From Fibrobacter succinogenes subsp. succinogenes S85 (GTDB taxonomy: Bacteria; Fibrobacterota; Fibrobacteria; Fibrobacterales; Fibrobacteraceae): DNA of 32,000 bases. A program made the translations under genes and the position numbers. Shown here piece by piece: positions 29,185 through 32,000 of this stretch. Location of the stretch: contig NC_017448.1 in assembly GCF_000146505.1 (NCBI RefSeq), positions 1,350,001-1,382,000 on the forward strand, read 5' to 3'. Under the pieces are notes generated by a model. It was given only the letters and a program-made list of their open reading frames with translations. It ran no database searches and had not been told where the DNA came from. How positions within the stretch are numbered: position 1 is the first letter of the stretch; every line of letters starts with the position of its first letter.

Positions 29185-32000
29185 ATGTATAAGCAAAAAA
29201 ATATGAAATCCGGTGTGTCTCTTATCACCGTGCTGATGTTCATGCTTATTGCAACAATAGCTGCAACAGCCACCTACAAGCTACTCACAAGTCAAGGACT
29301 CTCTAGCGAAAGCAGAATGCGCCAACAAGAGGCTTATCAAAGTTCACAAGCAGGCATTGAAAGTGCCAGAATGTGGATGACATTCCACGCAAACGATGTT
29401 GGCGCTTTGGTAAAGGCTTTCATTGACGGAGGCAACAAGCCTATTAATCTTGATGCAAGGTTACGCCCTTTGCAGCGTGCAGGGCAAAATTACCACGTAT
29501 GGCTTACGGGAGTGAACACCGAAAAGAACACGTTCAAATTAAAAATCCTTTCATCCGGCGAATCCAAGAACAACACACAATGGAATGAAACGGCCATATT
29601 TAACGTAGATGGGTTGTATCGAGTCAGGCTTTTTGAAGAAGAAGAATATAGCGCCATTCCGTTCAGATACAATTACTTTGGTGGTTCAACTCAATCACAA
29701 GGCCATATGAAGGCATACTCTTTGCTAATTAACGGCAATACAGAAGGATCCAACCCTATATATACAGAAAACGACCTGATTGTTACGGGAAACGCCATTG
29801 CATCAGGTAATTCCATTGGAGCAGGAACCACAGTATGCATTGGAGGGAATCTTGATGCAAGCAACGGCGTACTCGGCAACGATTTCTATGTCGGAGGAAA
29901 CGCAGCTCACTTCACATTTCCGTCATCATCTGAACCAGCCGGTCTCTACAACGCAAACGTCACAGGTAACGTCTACATAGAAGGCAACCTTGAAGCACCA
30001 ACCACAGGCGATCAAAAATTCCAGAAGAATCTGACAGTCAACGGCACATGGTATACAAACTTTTCAGCGCACGATTCCCGTGTCGCAGGGAACATGTGCT
30101 TAGGGGAAAACGGCCAAGTTCTCATTAGCGAAAAAAATCCCGCACGTGATTTTCTCGTCGGCGGAAACGTTTGGGCAGAATCGACATACCCCATATGGAT
30201 TACAAACGGAGAAGACAACGAAGGCGAATACAACAAGATTATTATTGGAAACAAAAAAGATTCCAAAGTTTACATCAAGAGCGCCCACCCCATCGCTGAT
30301 TACGTAACACTCAGAAACAACAGAACATTTATCGAAAAGAACACCTATTACAAGGGATCCTATACTTATGGATCTCAAGCCAAATGGGATAACAAGACAA
30401 CCCGCCCATACCCAGATTTAAAGCCCCACATGAAGAACAAAAACGACGCCTACTACCTTTACTACTACAACGGTCAAGGCCAAGATGTCGACTACATCGT
30501 TTCTAATGCAGGAGGATGGGGCTGGGGCGCACAAGCGTATTACGCTAACTATTATGTCGGGAACAAAATTTTCTACACCCCCCAAAGTGGCTATTGGGGA
30601 TCGTATGGCTATACCGCAGAAAAAAACAACTTCTTGAATTACCAGAACGGCACACCGACAGGCTCGCCATACTGCAAGGCGACTCCAGATAAGTGGCGCC
30701 CCGAATGCCGAGTTACCCCGTGGTTTAAATCCCAGGGAACCGTATCAAGCGAAATGCCGGCAAGCCAACCTTTTGAATGCGCCGAATCCGTCAAGACCTA
30801 TTGCAACAAGCTCTGGAAAAAGAAAGAAGGCTGCGATGGTGCAAGCTACAAAGTTGACGACATTCTCGTAACCGCCTATAACCAATTCATATCGTACGCC
30901 AACAAAAACTGTAGCAATGTAACACACTGGGGCGACAACATGAGTCGCTATCTTAACGAATGCTACAAAGAAAATAGCTCCGATCCAACCAAATACAAGA
31001 ACAACCTTTACAACGGCTACCAAGTCGTTGAAATTAAAAACCGAACTGAACTTAAAAACCCCACCACCCCCTTAAAGGGCAAGTTTATCATCGTCGTAAC
31101 ACAGGCTTTAGGACAACAAAATTTGCCGCCGACTACAGCAGATTCCTATGTACTCCTCTATCTGAAAGAAGGAGCAAGCTCCACGATTCAAGCAGCGGTT
31201 GAAAACGGCATATACAATTATTTCATCTACACCAAAAAAGACATTGGCGGACTCCTATTTAACAACTCCACTTTCAGCGGCTCGGTTTATGCCACCGCAG
31301 ACAACTGCGCAAAAGTGGGCGATTTCAAGGCACGCTCCTTGGTATTCAACGACGACATGATGAACGATTTGTCGGCAAACGCCGTCATTTGTAACGCATC
31401 TGTAGGCGAAAGTTCTTGCGGAGGCGCAGCAACGGGAACTTCAGGATCCTCATCGTCTTCCTCAGAATCGACAGAAAAACTATTCGATAGCTATTATATT
31501 TCAATGGCTCCGCAATTGGGCGTAAGACTAGAATCCCAAAACAAGAGTTCAGAAACACCTCCACAAGCAAGTAGCAACAACATCACAGAGCTTTCTCCCT
31601 CATTCATTGTACTCCCGCGAATCATTTACTTGCCCAGCGACCCCTACGGACAGCTGACCGACTACTACAATGTACAAACGCTCAACAGCAATGGTGCGGC
31701 CCTGAGAAAATCAGATGTAAACGTATCTTGCTCCGGGCCGGGAGCACTGTCTACAACCGGCAATCTCTATACGGGAACAGCTCTCAGCAGAGGACTTTAC
31801 ACATGTACCGCTACGGCAAGCAATTACCCGAGCATTCCATTCTGGGTCCACGTCGGAAAAGACACCCGCGGAACAGCGACAATCGTATTTGAGAAAGAAT
31901 CCGAAGAAATGGATGCCAACGACTTAAAAGAAGTCAAGCTAGAAGTCCCAGCACATGCTGCAGAACTCACTGTAAACTTCTATTGCCCCGATGTTGAAAA
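29185..32000 (+). CDS. Second giant PilX/GspK-like-N-terminus protein, G2 (5' partial in window; open to the window end)
   Basis: Not in the supplied ORF track because there is no stop codon in the window. ATG 29185 is preceded by AGGAGG (29175-29180), which overlaps the P2 stop codon. I translated the frame by hand and found no stop through 32000 (at least 938 codons). The N-terminus reads MYKQKNMKSG|VSLITVLMFMLIATIAATATYKLLTS...RMRQQEAYQSSQAGIESARMWM...FKLKILSSG. It aligns with G1 in conserved islands. Confidence 0.8.
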   Translation, partial: MYKQKNMKSGVSLITVLMFMLIATIAATATYKLLTSQGLSSESRMRQQEAYQSSQAGIESARMWMTFHANDVGALVKAFIDGGNKPINLDARLRPLQRAGQNYHVWLTGVNTEKNTFKLKILSSGESKNNTQWNETAIFNVDGLYRVRLFEEEEYSAIPFRYNYFGGSTQSQGHMKAYSLLINGNTEGSNPIYTENDLIVTGNAIASGNSIGAGTTVCIGGNLDASNGVLGNDFYVGGNAAHFTFPSSSEPAGLYNANVTGNVYIEGNLEAPTTGDQKFQKNLTVNGTWYTNFSAHDSRVAGNMCLGENGQVLISEKNPARDFLVGGNVWAESTYPIWITNGEDNEGEYNKIIIGNKKDSKVYIKSAHPIADYVTLRNNRTFIEKNTYYKGSYTYGSQAKWDNKTTRPYPDLKPHMKNKNDAYYLYYYNGQGQDVDYIVSNAGGWGWGAQAYYANYYVGNKIFYTPQSGYWGSYGYTAEKNNFLNYQNGTPTGSPYCKATPDKWRPECRVTPWFKSQGTVSSEMPASQPFECAESVKTYCNKLWKKKEGCDGASYKVDDILVTAYNQFISYANKNCSNVTHWGDNMSRYLNECYKENSSDPTKYKNNLYNGYQVVEIKNRTELKNPTTPLKGKFIIVVTQALGQQNLPPTTADSYVLLYLKEGASSTIQAAVENGIYNYFIYTKKDIGGLLFNNSTFSGSVYATADNCAKVGDFKARSLVFNDDMMNDLSANAVICNASVGESSCGGAATGTSGSSSSSSESTEKLFDSYYISMAPQLGVRLESQNKSSETPPQASSNNITELSPSFIVLPRIIYLPSDPYGQLTDYYNVQTLNSNGAALRKSDVNVSCSGPGALSTTGNLYTGTALSRGLYTCTATASNYPSIPFWVHVGKDTRGTATIVFEKESEEMDANDLKEVKLEVPAHAAELTVNFYCPDVE

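Noticed and set aside
19630-32000. Calling the pilin cassettes a mobile or horizontally acquired island, or assigning fibro-slime/PA14 or cellulose-binding domains to G1 and G2
   Set aside because: No integrase, transposase, tRNA target or flanking direct repeats are visible. Codon usage looks more AT-rich than in gpmI or uvrB, but that could reflect expression level. I could not recognise fibro-slime, PA14 or CBM signatures by eye, so substrate specificity is left open.

Overview
This window looks like chromosomal DNA from a Fibrobacter-like organism (Fibrobacterota). That is my inference from gene content: a TIGR02145-type 'Fibrobacter succinogenes major paralogous domain' protein, two paralogous secreted GH10 xylanases with T9SS-like C-terminal sorting domains, and a Cthe_2159-like beta-helix carbohydrate-binding protein. 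These are interleaved with housekeeping genes: trxA, a Crp/Fnr regulator, cysS, an MBL-fold hydrolase, an acyltransferase-3 protein, uvrB and a plant-type gpmI. There is also a decayed MFS transporter gene. I recognised no rRNA, tRNA, CRISPR array, transposase or integrase. The stand-out region is the last 12.4 kb (about 19.6-32.0 kb). It holds two tandem, diverged copies of a two-gene cassette. Each cassette has a large prepilin-type protein (441 and 473 aa, with G|FTLIELMV class-III signals). This is followed within 8-21 nt by a giant Cys-rich protein (2165 aa in the first; at least 938 aa in the second, which runs off the window). The first ~150 aa of each giant protein look like a PilX/GspK-type minor pilin lacking Glu at +5. 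The second giant ORF is missing from the supplied ORF track because it has no stop codon inside the window. I propose these are pilus-tip-displayed mega-adhesin cassettes. Other features worth a second look: a lipoprotein flavodoxin fused to a stefin/cystatin-like domain with a QVVAG motif; a REP-like hairpin family abutting stop codons; two intergenic regions packed with short perfect hairpins; heptanucleotide arrays, one of them inside the uvrB coding sequence; a CRP-like palindrome upstream of trxA; and a promoter-like 16-mer shared by cysS and gpmI. All functional calls rest on motif recognition by eye. No database search was run.
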